64,000 nucleotides of DNA from Thermodesulfobacteriota bacterium (GCA_965223335.1 OZ244991.1:768001-832000), one strand, 5' to 3'. Shown: positions 51,989 to 63,855, counted from the stretch's first letter. Notes: a model not told the origin generated them from the letters alone. Numbers and translations are program-made.

Positions 51989-53701
51989 TTAACCCTGATC
52001 TAGGTATTTTATAATTTCTTCGAACCCGGTCTGTACCTGTTCTAGGTTCTTTCTAGACTCTTCTATATCCGCTAATTCGGTCTCATAAAAGTTTTTGAGT
52101 GGCAATAATGAGTCTGCAATCTGAATCTTTATACCCTCGAAATCCCTTTTCAGTTGAGAGTCTATACTGGAAGTAAGCCCCTCTGTCAGGCTGTCGACCT
52201 TGCTGTTGAACTCTTTCATAGCGTCCCGCCGCTTTTTAGGCAAGATCGCAAACGCCGTGGCCATTATTGCGATTGTGGTTAAAACTCCTGTAATATCGGC
52301 CAATAAAGACGAGAAAGCCGCTACAAACGTAGCCCCAATAGCAAGTGATCCAACCTGAATCCCAAGTACAGATGCTATTGCAGCCCTTGCAGAATCGACC
52401 AGATTGCTGCCCAAAAGGGCCGGGTCCATCTGGGTGCGTCTTTTCTCAAGCTCAGACCTCACGGTCTCTATAAGCCGAGAGCGGTCATAATTAAACCCTC
52501 TGGTGAACGAGGATTTATCGGGCCTAAGCGATTTGTTATAAAACTCGAGTGCATTCTCCAAGAGTGTATTGGCCGATCTTTCGGTCCAACGCACCATATC
52601 ATCCATATCTTTTTCCAGCTCAGCCACGGTCTGTCGCGAGACCTTGTCCTCGAACTCCTTGGCCACCTTATCCTTGCTAAGCAGCTTAAACAGGTTGCTA
52701 AGCCTAATGAGGTCATCTATGTACTCGATCCCCCTTGTCTTAAACTCGAGCATCCTGCTTCGTATCCGCTCCGTGAACTGCCGTGAGTTAACCACCACAT
52801 CGTCTTTTAGCCTCTCTAAACTCTGCTTGAAATCCTCGATCCCCTTCATATCCTCATTGATTCGTTTTACATTTTCATCCAGCGTACCCAGAGTCTCAGT
52901 GCACAGGTTTATAGCCAGTTCCGAAGTGCTTTTGATTTTCATGCGCACCCTATGCTCCTCGCTCAGCGTGCTGAATATATAGTCCTCTAGGGCCTTTATG
53001 CCGCTACGCTCATACTGAACAGTATCGGAGCTCAATCGAGCGCTCTTAGCCAGCTTGGATGATACGGGGAAAATAGTAGGATCTATACCAAACAGATTCT
53101 TTATACCCTCGCGTGTGTGTTCCGTGACTTTATCAAGCTCTTGCTGGTCCTTGGCCACATCAATTTTATTTAGTACGAACACTATGTTTTTTAACCAGTC
53201 GCTTTTAATAAACTCTATAAGCTCGGCCTCAGTACCCGTGAGTGCCCGCTCGATACCTATGATGAAAAGTACCATATCGGCCTTAGGTATGAAGTCACGC
53301 GTCAGCTTCTCGTGCTGTTCGGCTGTTACGTTTGTACCGGGAGTATCAACGATGGATAAATTCTTTAATTTCTCGTCAGGCAGCAATACATATTTGATGC
53401 CGTCTCGTGTAAATTCATCTTTTTGCTCGTCATACCGCAGCACCATGATGTTGTCTGTGGTGGGTGTTATACCCTCTTCTTGTATATCCTCACCGATCAG
53501 TACATTTATTAGCGACGACTTGCCGGTGCTAAACTCCCCGATGAATACAATTGAAAACAGACGGTCCAAATTATCGTGCATCAACTGTATGGTTTCGGCT
53601 GTCTCATCCTGAGAAAGTTTGTTTGCAACTGTAGAAAACGAACTCAGAAGCTCCTTCTGTTTCGCAATTATCAGCTGGTATCTGTCGTCAATTATCTTCA
53701 T
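51989..53701 (-). CDS. Bacterial dynamin-like GTPase
   Basis: G1 GEFSTGKSS, G2 PTT, G3 DTPG, G4 NKID; long helical region; hydrophobic hairpin near the C-terminus. Confidence 0.88.
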   Translation of the reverse strand: MKIIDDRYQLIIAKQKELLSSFSTVANKLSQDETAETIQLMHDNLDRLFSIVFIGEFSTGKSSLINVLIGEDIQEEGITPTTDNIMVLRYDEQKDEFTRDGIKYVLLPDEKLKNLSIVDTPGTNVTAEQHEKLTRDFIPKADMVLFIIGIERALTGTEAELIEFIKSDWLKNIVFVLNKIDVAKDQQELDKVTEHTREGIKNLFGIDPTIFPVSSKLAKSARLSSDTVQYERSGIKALEDYIFSTLSEEHRVRMKIKSTSELAINLCTETLGTLDENVKRINEDMKGIEDFKQSLERLKDDVVVNSRQFTERIRSRMLEFKTRGIEYIDDLIRLSNLFKLLSKDKVAKEFEDKVSRQTVAELEKDMDDMVRWTERSANTLLENALEFYNKSLRPDKSSFTRGFNYDRSRLIETVRSELEKRRTQMDPALLGSNLVDSARAAIASVLGIQVGSLAIGATFVAAFSSLLADITGVLTTIAIMATAFAILPKKRRDAMKEFNSKVDSLTEGLTSSIDSQLKRDFEGIKIQIADSLLPLKNFYETELADIEESRKNLEQVQTGFEEIIKYLDQG

Positions 53702-53921
53702 ATCACCACTCTCTATGGAGTATAAATAATATATTCATATTATTACTTAGAAACAAACTTCACCCCACCTCACATACACACATCAATCACAAAATCCCAA
53801 TCATATAACTCAATCTCGATGCATAAAATAGAGCTATAACGCATCGTGATCGTAATAAATTACATGAGTTAACTCAAAGCTCTTGACCAAATGGCAAAAA
53901 ATTGGTTTACGGAGGCTTTGA

Positions 53922-56285
53922 ATGTATTTGAAAAATCTTTTTTTACTTATCACTGTTTTCCTTAGCGTATGTATGCCGAAATTGTATGCATCGGAGGTTT
54001 CCCCGGAGGCATACGATAGATCACTATCGCCTTACTTCGTAATAGTAGACGAGCACGCAAACACAGAGCAGTTCCCACTGCTTGCTACCGATGCCGAGGT
54101 AAACATAGCCGGTGTCATCGCCGACGTTAACATCAAGCAGACCTATAAGAATAACGGCACGGAACCGATCGAGGCCATCTATGTGTTCCCGGCCTCTACC
54201 CGCGCCGCTGTCTATGCTATGACAATGACTATAGGTGAAAGAACCATAACAGCCAAGATAGACGAGCGCGGCAAAGCCAGAGCAGGCTATGAAACAGCCA
54301 AACTTGAGGGCAAGAGCGCATCATTGCTCGAACAGCAAAGACCAAACGTGTTCCAGATGAACGTGGCCAATATCATGCCCGGCGACAAAATAGAGGTAGA
54401 TATGAGCTACACCGAACTCCTGGTCCCCACCGCAGGCATATACGAGTTCGTTTACCCCACCGTAGTAGGCCCTCGCTACTCCAACCAACCCCGGGACTCA
54501 TTGGACGACGGAGAAAACTGGGTAGAAAACCCCTACCTACACGAAGGCGAACCCACCCCCTACAAGGTCAATATCACTGCTAACCTCACGGCCGGCATGC
54601 CTATTCAAGACATCTCCTCTGCCACTCATGACGTCAATATCACATACCAAAGACCCGACCTCGCACGCATAGAGCTAAAGGACCAGGCCTCCGACAACGG
54701 CAACCGCGACTATGTACTCAAGTACAGGTTAGCCGGCGAGAAAGTGCAAACCGGCCTTCTACTCTATGAAGGGGTAGACGAAAACTTTTTTTTGCTCATG
54801 GCCGAGCCCCCAAAGAGGGTTAAAGCAAACGACATCCCACCCAGAGAATACATATTTATTGTGGATGTATCGGGCTCGATGCACGGGTTCCCTATCGAGA
54901 CTTCAAAAAAATTGTTGCGCAACCTTATCACCAACCTTAAGCCCACCGACTCGTTCAATGTAATGCTCTTTGCCAGCAGTAACGCCGTACTCTCAGAGTC
55001 TTCTCTGCCTGCCACGAGTACCAACATAACTAGTGCACTTAGATTCATTGACAAAGAACGCGGCGGGGGAGGCACCGAACTGCTCCCTGCTCTTAGACGC
55101 GCGCTCAGCTTGCCTAAAACAGAGGGTACTTCGCGTACAGTCGTCATAGCCACCGACGGCTACGTCACTGTGGAGAAAGAGGCCTTTGACCTAATCCGCC
55201 AAAACCTGCACAACGCCAATATGTTCCCGTTCGGTATAGGTTCGGGTGTAAACCGTTTTATTATCGAGGGCATGGCAAGGGCAGGATTCGGGGAGCCGTT
55301 TGTAATTTCATCACCCGCCGAGGCCGATGCGGCTGCCGAGAAGTTCAGGAACTACATTGCTACACCGGTCCTAACGAATATCGAGGTCTCGTATGACGGC
55401 TTTAATACTTACGACATCGAGCCGATCAGTGTCCCCGATGTATTCGCAGAGCGCCCGATTGTAGTGTTCGGTAAGTGGAGGGGGAAACCCAAGGGTAAGA
55501 TCGGACTATCGGGTCAAAACGGTGATAACTCATTCTCTACCGCATTTGATATCAGCGATTACAAACCGCTTAAGATTAACTCCGCTATACGTTACCTGTG
55601 GGCTAGAAACAGAATAACCACACTAGGGGATTACCAGCATGTCGGACAGTCGTCTGAACTTGAGCAAGAAATCACCGAGCTCGGTCTTAAATACAGTCTG
55701 CTTACCAGTTATACATCGTTCATTGCCATAGATAGTCTCATAAGAAACCGTGACGGCAATTCCACTACTGTTAAACAGCCTCTCCCACTGCCCAAAGGTG
55801 TTACGGACTATGCCGTTGGACGCCCGCAAAGGGCTCTTAGATCATCGGTCCCATCTTCAGTTGGTGGAATTGATTATATGCATAATAACGATCAAGCAAA
55901 ATCTATTGTAAGCGAGGAAGCGGCCAAACACAGTCTTCCATCTTCAAAGGACGGTCTCAGTTACAAAGACAAGAAAGAAGACAACGAAACACCACCGAGT
56001 GTTAAGAAGATCGGCTCAAAAACGTTCCGACTCCAAAACGGCGTGTGGATCGATTCCAACCATACGCCTGAACTGAAGGTAATTAAAATCAAACCCGGGA
56101 GCCCCGCCTACCAAAAACTCATAAAAGAGCTGCCGGAATTAAAACGGTACCTAGAGATTGGAAAATACGTCATTGTGGTGTGGGGCAACTATGCAGTTGA
56201 GTTAAGTGATGACGGCGTTAGCACACTGTCCGACTCGGATCTAAACACGCTCAAAGCCCAGAACAATACAAAACAGACCAAGTAA
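53922..56285 (+). CDS. Secreted VIT plus vWA domain protein
   Basis: Signal peptide; EAIYVFP and SASLLEQQRPNVF (VIT); MIDAS DVSGS...GGGTEL...TDG. Confidence 0.88.
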   Translation: MYLKNLFLLITVFLSVCMPKLYASEVSPEAYDRSLSPYFVIVDEHANTEQFPLLATDAEVNIAGVIADVNIKQTYKNNGTEPIEAIYVFPASTRAAVYAMTMTIGERTITAKIDERGKARAGYETAKLEGKSASLLEQQRPNVFQMNVANIMPGDKIEVDMSYTELLVPTAGIYEFVYPTVVGPRYSNQPRDSLDDGENWVENPYLHEGEPTPYKVNITANLTAGMPIQDISSATHDVNITYQRPDLARIELKDQASDNGNRDYVLKYRLAGEKVQTGLLLYEGVDENFFLLMAEPPKRVKANDIPPREYIFIVDVSGSMHGFPIETSKKLLRNLITNLKPTDSFNVMLFASSNAVLSESSLPATSTNITSALRFIDKERGGGGTELLPALRRALSLPKTEGTSRTVVIATDGYVTVEKEAFDLIRQNLHNANMFPFGIGSGVNRFIIEGMARAGFGEPFVISSPAEADAAAEKFRNYIATPVLTNIEVSYDGFNTYDIEPISVPDVFAERPIVVFGKWRGKPKGKIGLSGQNGDNSFSTAFDISDYKPLKINSAIRYLWARNRITTLGDYQHVGQSSELEQEITELGLKYSLLTSYTSFIAIDSLIRNRDGNSTTVKQPLPLPKGVTDYAVGRPQRALRSSVPSSVGGIDYMHNNDQAKSIVSEEAAKHSLPSSKDGLSYKDKKEDNETPPSVKKIGSKTFRLQNGVWIDSNHTPELKVIKIKPGSPAYQKLIKELPELKRYLEIGKYVIVVWGNYAVELSDDGVSTLSDSDLNTLKAQNNTKQTK

Positions 56286-56414
56286 AGAGCCATTTGGTTA
56301 TCTCTCGTGCCCGAGTAAAGTTCCGTATGCTCTACTCGGGCACCTCCTTTATTATCATTGTAAATGCTTTTCTCTGCTGTAGACTGCATAATGTAATACT
56401 CAAAAGACGTTACT

Positions 56415-58655
56415 ATGAACGGTGCTAAGATCAAACGGGGCATATGGCAGACAACAATACTATTTTTACTTTACCTATTTATGCTCGCCGCTTTGATTTT
56501 ATCCACAACTATAATTTCCACAGCAAAAAATAAAGGGGGTAACATGTCACACCAGAACAGACTCAAAGACGAAAAGAGTCCATACTTACTCCAACACGCC
56601 GATAACCCCGTAGATTGGTACCCGTGGGGAGACGAGGCATTCGAGAAAGCCAAAAAAGAAGACAAACCCATTTTATTATCAATCGGCTATTCCACCTGCC
56701 ATTGGTGCCATGTGATGGAGCACGAGTCGTTTGAAGACCCCGAGGTGGCCAAGCTCATGAACGACACATTTATATCCATAAAAGTAGACAGAGAAGAGAG
56801 GCCAGACATCGATAACGTGTATATGACTGTGTGTCAGATGATATCCAAGGGCAACTGCGGCTGGCCGTTGAATGTGATAATGACACCTGATAAAAAGCCC
56901 TTTTTCGCAGCCACTTATATCCCCAAAGAGAGCAGGTTCGGGCGATCCGGGATGATGGACCTTGTGCCTAGGGTAGGGGAAGTCTGGCAAAAGGACAGAG
57001 CAGAGATACTCAAATCCGCAGACAGCATCACCGCCGCACTAACTAGGTCCACGGACATCACTAAAATGCAAAGCGAAGAGGAACTGGGTAAATCGACCCT
57101 AAATGTCGCCTACAACCAATTGCTCGAGAGGTACGACGAGCAAAACGGCGGGTTTGGACAAGCACCGAAATTTCCCACCCCTCATAACCACCTATTTTTA
57201 CTCCGATACTGGAGGCGGACAGGTGATAATCAGGCGCTTGGAATGGTTGAAAACACTCTAAAGAAGATGAAGAACGGGGGTATCTATGACCATATCGGAT
57301 TTGGTTTCCACCGCTACTCCACCGACCCAACATGGTTTTTACCTCACTTTGAAAAAATGTTGTATGACCAGGCCATGCTGTCTGTGGCGTATCTAGAGGC
57401 CTTTCAGATTACAGGCAATAAGGATTTTGCCCAGGCAGCCAGGGAAATCTTTACATACGTGCTGCGCGATATGACTTCTGTTAAAGGTGGTTTTTATTCA
57501 GCTGAGGATGCCGACAGTGAGGGGGAAGAGGGAAAGTTCTACACGTGGACAGAGCAAGAGATAAGAGAGGTGCTCGAAGGTGATGACGCCGAGCTCATGA
57601 TAACGGTGTTTAACGTAGAAAAAGAGGGCAACTTCAGCGACGAGGCCACAGGCCACAAATCCCCGACCAATATATTAAACCTCCGGAGCTCTACAGATGA
57701 GCTCGCAAAGTCGTTTGGTCTTACTACCGACCAATTCCTAAAGAGAATCGAGGACTGCAGAAAAAAACTGTTCAACCACCGAGAGAAACGAATTCACCCC
57801 TATAAAGACGACAAGATCCTCACGGACTGGAACGGTCTTATGATCGCTGCACTCGCCAAGGGCGGGCAGGTACTATCGGACAAAACCTACTTAAATGCCT
57901 CTAAAAAAGCAGCCGATTTTATATTAAGTACAATGCGCAAGAATGACGGTCGTCTGCTCCATCGTTATAGAGAGGGTGATGCTGCAATAGAGGGCAATCT
58001 GGACGACTACGCATTTACGGTATGGGGACTTCTTGAACTCTACGAGGCCACGTTTGACGCCAAATATTTAAGCGCAGCTATTGAATTAAACAAAACTATG
58101 ATAGACGGGTTTTGGGACGATGAACACGGAGGGTTTTATTTTACTCCCACCGACGGTGAGCAGCTTATAGTGCGTCAAAAAGAGATATATGACGGGGCAG
58201 TGCCCTCAGGGAACTCAGTTGCGATGTTAAACCTCCTTAGACTCGGCCGGATCACCGCAGACTCTTCGCTCGAGAGTAAGGCTGCCAAACTGGCCAAAGC
58301 CTTCTCACCCGGAGTAAAACAGGCCCCCATTGCCTACACTCAGCTCATGTCAGCTCTTGATTTCGCAATCGGGCCTTCATTTGAGATCATTATCGCCGGT
58401 GACCCAAACTCAGACGACACACTGTCTATGATTGAAGCACTCAGAAACGAATACATCCCAAGCAAGATCGTGCTGCTACATGATGAAACCAATGGCGACG
58501 AGATCACAAAAATCGCACCTTACACCAAAGGTCAAAAGAGCCTAGGAGGTAAGGCCACAGCCTATGTCTGCCAAAATTACGAATGCCAACTACCGACTAC
58601 GGATACAAAAAAAATGGTTGAGATTCTTCGTTCTGAGAGTGAAACTGCCAATTAG
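56415..58655 (+). CDS. YyaL/SSP411-family thioredoxin-domain plus alpha/alpha-barrel protein
   Basis: NRL...[37 protein letters not shown]; alternative start at 56544. Confidence 0.9.
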   Translation: MNGAKIKRGIWQTTILFLLYLFMLAALILSTTIISTAKNKGGNMSHQNRLKDEKSPYLLQHADNPVDWYPWGDEAFEKAKKEDKPILLSIGYSTCHWCHVMEHESFEDPEVAKLMNDTFISIKVDREERPDIDNVYMTVCQMISKGNCGWPLNVIMTPDKKPFFAATYIPKESRFGRSGMMDLVPRVGEVWQKDRAEILKSADSITAALTRSTDITKMQSEEELGKSTLNVAYNQLLERYDEQNGGFGQAPKFPTPHNHLFLLRYWRRTGDNQALGMVENTLKKMKNGGIYDHIGFGFHRYSTDPTWFLPHFEKMLYDQAMLSVAYLEAFQITGNKDFAQAAREIFTYVLRDMTSVKGGFYSAEDADSEGEEGKFYTWTEQEIREVLEGDDAELMITVFNVEKEGNFSDEATGHKSPTNILNLRSSTDELAKSFGLTTDQFLKRIEDCRKKLFNHREKRIHPYKDDKILTDWNGLMIAALAKGGQVLSDKTYLNASKKAADFILSTMRKNDGRLLHRYREGDAAIEGNLDDYAFTVWGLLELYEATFDAKYLSAAIELNKTMIDGFWDDEHGGFYFTPTDGEQLIVRQKEIYDGAVPSGNSVAMLNLLRLGRITADSSLESKAAKLAKAFSPGVKQAPIAYTQLMSALDFAIGPSFEIIIAGDPNSDDTLSMIEALRNEYIPSKIVLLHDETNGDEITKIAPYTKGQKSLGGKATAYVCQNYECQLPTTDTKKMVEILRSESETAN

Positions 58656-58840
58656 CACATAAAAGATTTATGCCCAAGTTAAGCCCTACGATTTTTAACG
58701 TTATATTGAATTCAGCAACCGTCGCTATATAATTTGCATAGTTGTTGCATTTTATATTTTCACGATATAATTATCTTGTATCTCATTACCGTTACACGAC
58801 ATTCTAGATTGTGAGTTACTCAGATGGAGGATATGACCAG

Positions 58841-59002
58841 ATGCACAAAAGAGGACGTAAGAAATTTAAGGACCTTGTAGATATGCTTGAGGACCCGGAC
58901 AACTCCGGATATGTCGGAGGGGACTTCGAGGACGTCATGGAGCTTCTTGAGCAGGAACTAGCCGACTCTGAGGACGAAGAGGATCAAGAAGGCGTTGAAT
59001 GA
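58841..59002 (+). CDS. Small protein (53 aa) with basic N-terminus and highly acidic remainder
   Basis: GGAGGA SD at 58826-58831; upstream [24 protein letters not shown]... Confidence 0.55.
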   Translation: MHKRGRKKFKDLVDMLEDPDNSGYVGGDFEDVMELLEQELADSEDEEDQEGVE

Positions 59003-60894
59003 GAACCCAGCCCTTCTATCATCTCGCTCCGTTTTAAATAGACCATCAATACAGAAATTGCTGCGGGGGTAATACCCGAGATTCTGCGCGCCTGCCCAAT
59101 GGAATCGGGCCTTAGGTCCGAGAGTTTCTGCACAATCTCGCGCGATAGCCCTGGGATACTATCGTATGAAAAGCTCGAAGGAATTTTTAGTTCTTCGTAC
59201 TTTTTGAACTTATCGATCTGTTCCATCTGTCTCTTAATATAGCCCTCATATTTCACGTCCATTTCTATTTGTGACGCGATATCGGGACCAAGTACACCGG
59301 GTGCGTTTTCATCAATCATTCTTAACTCAGTGTACGTAATCTCCGGGCGCCTTAGTATCTCTTTTAGTGACTGCGGTTTTTTTAATGGGCTTGACCCCAT
59401 ATCCTGCAAGAGGGTATTAACCGCATTATTTGGCGATATGATTGTATCGCTTAGCCTGCTTAACTCAGACTCGATGGTGCTCTTTTTACTTAGAAAAGCG
59501 TCCAGGTCCTCTTCACTCACAAGCCCTAACTGAAAACCCTTTTCCCTTAACCTCAGATCGGCGTTATCTTCCCTTAGAACCAACCTGTACTCGGCTCGTG
59601 AGGTAAACATCCTATAGGGCTCGTCCACCCCCTTGGTAACCAGATCGTCTAATAATATCCCGATATATGCCTCGGAGCGGTCCAATACAAACGGTGCTTC
59701 GCCCCTTATCTTAAGCACAGCGTTTACCCCCGCCATAAACCCCTGGCTGGCCGCCTCTTCATAGCCTGTGGTGCCGTTTATCTGCCCTGCAAAAAACAGG
59801 CCTTCCACTAGCTTAGTCTCAAGGCTTGATTTAAGCCCCGTGGGATCCACATAATCGTATTCCACTGCATACCCCGGGCGCATGATCTCCACCTCTTCCA
59901 GCCCCTCTATGGTTCGTACCAACTCGATCTGCACATCAAGTGGTAGACTGGTCGAAATCCCGTTTGGGTAGACCTCATATGTGCTAAGTCCCTCGGGCTC
60001 AAGGAATATTTGGTGGCGCTCTTTATCGGGGAATTTCACGATTTTATCCTCAATCGAGGGGCAGTACCGTGGGCCCACACCCTTTATCTCGCCCGAGTAA
60101 AGAGGAGACTTATGCAGGTTCTCTTTTATGACCTCGTGTGTTCTCGGGTTGGTATAGGTGATATGACAGGGGAGTTGCTCGAGCTCTATCGAGGAGTTCG
60201 TGAATGAGAACGGTTTAGGGTTAGCGTCACCGGGCTGTACTTCGAGCTTCTCCCAGTTAACGGTTCTGCCGTCGAACCTGGGAGGGGTCCCGGTCTTTAA
60301 CCTTCCTACATTGAATCCGAGATCCGAGAATGAGTCCGATATCCCAAACGCTGCCGCTTCCCCCGCCCTGCCCGAGGACAGTTTGGTAAGACCTATGTGT
60401 ATGAGTCCGTTTGGGAATGTGCCGGGAGTAACTACTACTGCATCGGCCAACAAATTTTCACCCAGGTTTGTTCGTACTCCTACTACAGTCCCCCCTTCAA
60501 CCAACAAGCCCTCTACCATCCGCTGCTTAATGTCAATATTAGTCTCGTTTTCGATTGTTCGTTTAATATAGGTACGATAGGCAAGTCTATCGGCCTGCAC
60601 CCTTGTGGCCTGGACCGCAGAGCCTTTGCGAGTGTTTAACCTGCGGAACTGTATGGCTGTAGCATCGGCGGCCTTACCCATCTCGCCACCGAGTGCATCA
60701 ATCTCCTTTACCAGATGCCCCTTACCGACTCCGCCGATCGATGGATTGCACGACATAAGTCCGATCGTGTCCACATTAGCAGAGAGCAACAATGTACCGG
60801 CTCCCATCCGCGCAGCCGCAAGCGCTGCCTCAGCCCCAGCGTGCCCACCCCCTACCACTATTACCTCATGTCGCTTCTTCTGTGATGCTCCCAT
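58984..60894 (-). CDS. mnmG: tRNA uridine 5-carboxymethylaminomethyl modification enzyme MnmG/GidA
   Basis: [47 protein letters not shown]; start moved to 60894. Confidence 0.96.
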   Translation of the reverse strand: MGASQKKRHEVIVVGGGHAGAEAALAAARMGAGTLLLSANVDTIGLMSCNPSIGGVGKGHLVKEIDALGGEMGKAADATAIQFRRLNTRKGSAVQATRVQADRLAYRTYIKRTIENETNIDIKQRMVEGLLVEGGTVVGVRTNLGENLLADAVVVTPGTFPNGLIHIGLTKLSSGRAGEAAAFGISDSFSDLGFNVGRLKTGTPPRFDGRTVNWEKLEVQPGDANPKPFSFTNSSIELEQLPCHITYTNPRTHEVIKENLHKSPLYSGEIKGVGPRYCPSIEDKIVKFPDKERHQIFLEPEGLSTYEVYPNGISTSLPLDVQIELVRTIEGLEEVEIMRPGYAVEYDYVDPTGLKSSLETKLVEGLFFAGQINGTTGYEEAASQGFMAGVNAVLKIRGEAPFVLDRSEAYIGILLDDLVTKGVDEPYRMFTSRAEYRLVLREDNADLRLREKGFQLGLVSEEDLDAFLSKKSTIESELSRLSDTIISPNNAVNTLLQDMGSSPLKKPQSLKEILRRPEITYTELRMIDENAPGVLGPDIASQIEMDVKYEGYIKRQMEQIDKFKKYEELKIPSSFSYDSIPGLSREIVQKLSDLRPDSIGQARRISGITPAAISVLMVYLKRSEMIEGLGSHSTPS

Positions 60895-61027
60895 AAATAA
60901 CCTCACTCTAAATTGAATGGAAATTCTAAACTCTATGTATATATAGGTCAAATCTATAGGTTATTATTTAATGGTAGTTTATACCATTGATGGTAAACTG
61001 TTTCTTCAACAAAACCGGGAGAAATAT

Positions 61028-61351
61028 ATGAGACCTATACACGAGATATTTGAAAAGATGCATGCCGCGATAATCGAAAGGCAAAACGACTTTTCAGAGC
61101 TAAACGCTATTTACAAGTTTATACTTGACGGACCTAAAGGCGGCACTTGGATAGTAGACCTTAGAACTGATTCAATCGGAGTTAGAGAGAGCGAAGAAGA
61201 AGCCCAGTGTACGATTAAATCTACCGACAACCACTTTCTAAACCTAGTTAACGGTAAGCTCGGCCCCGAACGCGCCTTACTCACAGGCAAGATTAAGATA
61301 CAGGGCGATATAGGGCTCGCCATGCAATTGGGCAATCTGTTTAAACTATAA
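61028..61351 (+). CDS. SCP2 sterol/lipid-binding domain protein
   Basis: GGTWIVD, LTGKIKIQGDIGLAMQL. Confidence 0.85.
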   Translation: MRPIHEIFEKMHAAIIERQNDFSELNAIYKFILDGPKGGTWIVDLRTDSIGVRESEEEAQCTIKSTDNHFLNLVNGKLGPERALLTGKIKIQGDIGLAMQLGNLFKL

Positions 61352-61370
61352 GCAAGACCTACCACCTAAT

Positions 61371-62429
61371 ATGCGGGACCTACCCACAACTATATATATA
61401 GAGAACAATATCAGATCACACCCGTTTACAAACCGTATCTTATCTAAACTACCAAATGTACCCACCATATATGTAGACGATTATAAGAAAATAGGTGAAC
61501 TAAAGTATTTCAAAGAGCGCGCAGACCAAGACAAAAACGCCCTTGCAATCGCAGAGAAAAAAGGCGAACTGGTAAAGAGTATAGGGCGCATGGAACAAGA
61601 TCAGTTCTATCTATTTCACGAAATAGACTGTAAATACGACTGCGAATACTGCTATTTACAGTACTACTTCCAGACCAAGGTCCCCGTAGTTTTCGTGAAT
61701 CGTGATCAGGTATTATTACGCATTGAAGAGATCCTGCAGACCACACAAAACCCCTACTTCCATGTGGGCGAGGTCTGCGATGCACTCGCCCTTGACGAGT
61801 TGACAGGCTTCTCACTGGATATTGCAGAGCTGTTTAAACGCTACCCAAACGGCACAGTTGAGTTTAGGACCAAGAGCGCTAATATCAAAAACCTGCTCTC
61901 AATCCCGCACCCACCGGCTAATGTGATCCCATCTTGGACGCTCAATCCACAAAGGGTAATAGAGGGCATTGAGCACAAGACTCCCTCGCTTACCGAGAGG
62001 ATTGGTGCAGCTGCCAAGTGTCAAGAGGCGGGGTATACGGTTGGGGTCAGACTAGACCCAATTATTATGATCGAATGCTGGGAGAAGGATTACGAAGAGA
62101 TGGTTACACAGATATTTAGCAGCCTTGATTTAAGAAAGATCGACCACATCACATTGGGGACCCTAAAACTCCACAAACTGCTTATTGACGCCATGAGAAA
62201 ACGCTACCCGCAGAGTCTGGTACTTAGCGGTGAACTCTTTCCCTCGGCCGACGGCAAATCGCGCTACCTCAAATTCCAAAGAGCAGAGATGTATCGAAAG
62301 ATAATTAAATGGATTAGGGAATTTGATCGGGATATTGAGATACAATTTTCACTCGAGTCCGATGAAATACACTCTCAATTGGATGGCGCTACCAAGCAGT
62401 ATAACAGACCTGAAAGTGCTCACATCTAA
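61371..62429 (+). CDS. Spore photoproduct lyase-like radical SAM protein
   Basis: CKYDCEYCYLQ (CxxxCxxC), FRTKS, SWTLNP, EHKTPSL, DGKSRY. Confidence 0.8.
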   Translation: MRDLPTTIYIENNIRSHPFTNRILSKLPNVPTIYVDDYKKIGELKYFKERADQDKNALAIAEKKGELVKSIGRMEQDQFYLFHEIDCKYDCEYCYLQYYFQTKVPVVFVNRDQVLLRIEEILQTTQNPYFHVGEVCDALALDELTGFSLDIAELFKRYPNGTVEFRTKSANIKNLLSIPHPPANVIPSWTLNPQRVIEGIEHKTPSLTERIGAAAKCQEAGYTVGVRLDPIIMIECWEKDYEEMVTQIFSSLDLRKIDHITLGTLKLHKLLIDAMRKRYPQSLVLSGELFPSADGKSRYLKFQRAEMYRKIIKWIREFDRDIEIQFSLESDEIHSQLDGATKQYNRPESAHI

Positions 62430-62566
62430 ATAATTAGTTCCCCAAGATTCGCAATTAAGTAAGTCTGGCTAATTAACATCGTAGCTCACACGCAGCTATC
62501 CCGTGTCCAAATACTTTCGGATTAGAGTAGCTCATTTAGCCATTGATGAGTGTGATCAGGTAAGGG

Positions 62567-63772
62567 TTACCTGGCCAAAAAACTCTTTAGTATGTCGCCC
62601 ATTTCAGACTCGGCCAGTTTCTCAAGCGCCCGTTTTTCAATCTGTCTAATGCGCTCACGGGTCAGATCAAACCTCCGGCCTATCTCGTCAAGTGTATAAG
62701 TACTGTCCTCATCGATACCAAATCGCAGTCTGATTATCTCTTCTTCCCTGGCTGTCAACACATGAAGAGCGTCCCGAATCTCTTTTGTAAGAGCAGATGT
62801 TGCCATCACAGAGTCCGGTGCCGGCAGGTTATCGTCTGCAATAAAGTCGAGTAGTGTAGTCTTCTCGCCGTCCATTATCGGCGTGTCCAGTCGTGCCGCA
62901 TCGTTAGTGGACTCGAGTATTCTCTTAACACCCTCTACGGATATCCCCGCCACCTCTGCAACCTCTTCCGGTAGGGGTTTACGGTCAAGCTCTTTAGTCA
63001 ACATAGAGCTTATTCTGTACACCTTGCTTGCCTGCTCCAACACATACACGGGGACTCTGATGGTTCTGGTCTGGTCCAGCAGGGCTCTCGAAATAGCCTG
63101 ATGTATCCACCAAGAAGCATAGGTAGAAAATTTGTAACCCTTTGTATGGTCAAACCTCTCCACAGCCCTCATCAAACCTACGTTACCCTCTTGGATGAGG
63201 TCGGTAAGGGGCAGCCCCCTGCCCATATATCTCTTGGAAATACTTACTACTAGCCGCAGGTTCGCCTTTACAAAGCGCTCCTTTAGGTCTGTGGCCCTCT
63301 CGGCAAATATTTTTGAAAAAGCACTTAGGCTCTCGATACGCTTAGCAAGTATGGCTTGTCTCTTAAGAGCAGCCTGCTTATTCTTACTTCTTTTTAGGGT
63401 GTCTTCCTTTCTTCTTGCAAGTTTATCAACATAAATAAGTAGCTCTTTAGATTTAACCTCGCACTTCTTTATCTGTGCAGAAACCTCAATCTCTTCCTTT
63501 GCAGTCAGCAGCGATTCAATGGACATATCCTTAAAATAGACATAGAGGAGTCTAAACTGCTCGTCCGGCGTCCACTCTTCGTTGTTCTCTTGTTCCTGTT
63601 CCTCGGTACTCTCAACCGTGAAATCGAAATCCTGGTCATCACCGTCCAGCATTACGTCTTTGCCAAAACCTAAAGATGCGTAGGATTCCTCTTTGTTCTG
63701 CTCGGAATAAGTATTGATTTTGCTCATTTCTGAGCCATTGTCTTCGACATCTTTAAATTTTGCTGTCTTCAT
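62567..63772 (-). CDS. RpoD/RpoS-group sigma-70 factor
   Basis: [42 protein letters not shown]. Confidence 0.92.
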   Translation of the reverse strand: MKTAKFKDVEDNGSEMSKINTYSEQNKEESYASLGFGKDVMLDGDDQDFDFTVESTEEQEQENNEEWTPDEQFRLLYVYFKDMSIESLLTAKEEIEVSAQIKKCEVKSKELLIYVDKLARRKEDTLKRSKNKQAALKRQAILAKRIESLSAFSKIFAERATDLKERFVKANLRLVVSISKRYMGRGLPLTDLIQEGNVGLMRAVERFDHTKGYKFSTYASWWIHQAISRALLDQTRTIRVPVYVLEQASKVYRISSMLTKELDRKPLPEEVAEVAGISVEGVKRILESTNDAARLDTPIMDGEKTTLLDFIADDNLPAPDSVMATSALTKEIRDALHVLTAREEEIIRLRFGIDEDSTYTLDEIGRRFDLTRERIRQIEKRALEKLAESEMGDILKSFLAR

Positions 63773-63826
63773 GACCTGTCCCTTGTAGAATAGAGTTTGT
63801 CTGGGGAAATAACCTTTAACTTTATT

Positions 63827-63855
63827 AATATATGCCTTTAGGATATGGATGTCAA
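63827..63855 (-). promoter_or_regulatory. Sigma-70 promoter of the sigma factor gene
   Basis: TTGACA-17 nt-TATATT on the minus strand. Confidence 0.7.

Noticed and set aside
62430..62566. Two GTAGCTCA copies suggesting a tRNA remnant
   Set aside because: No cloverleaf, T-loop or acceptor stem can be built
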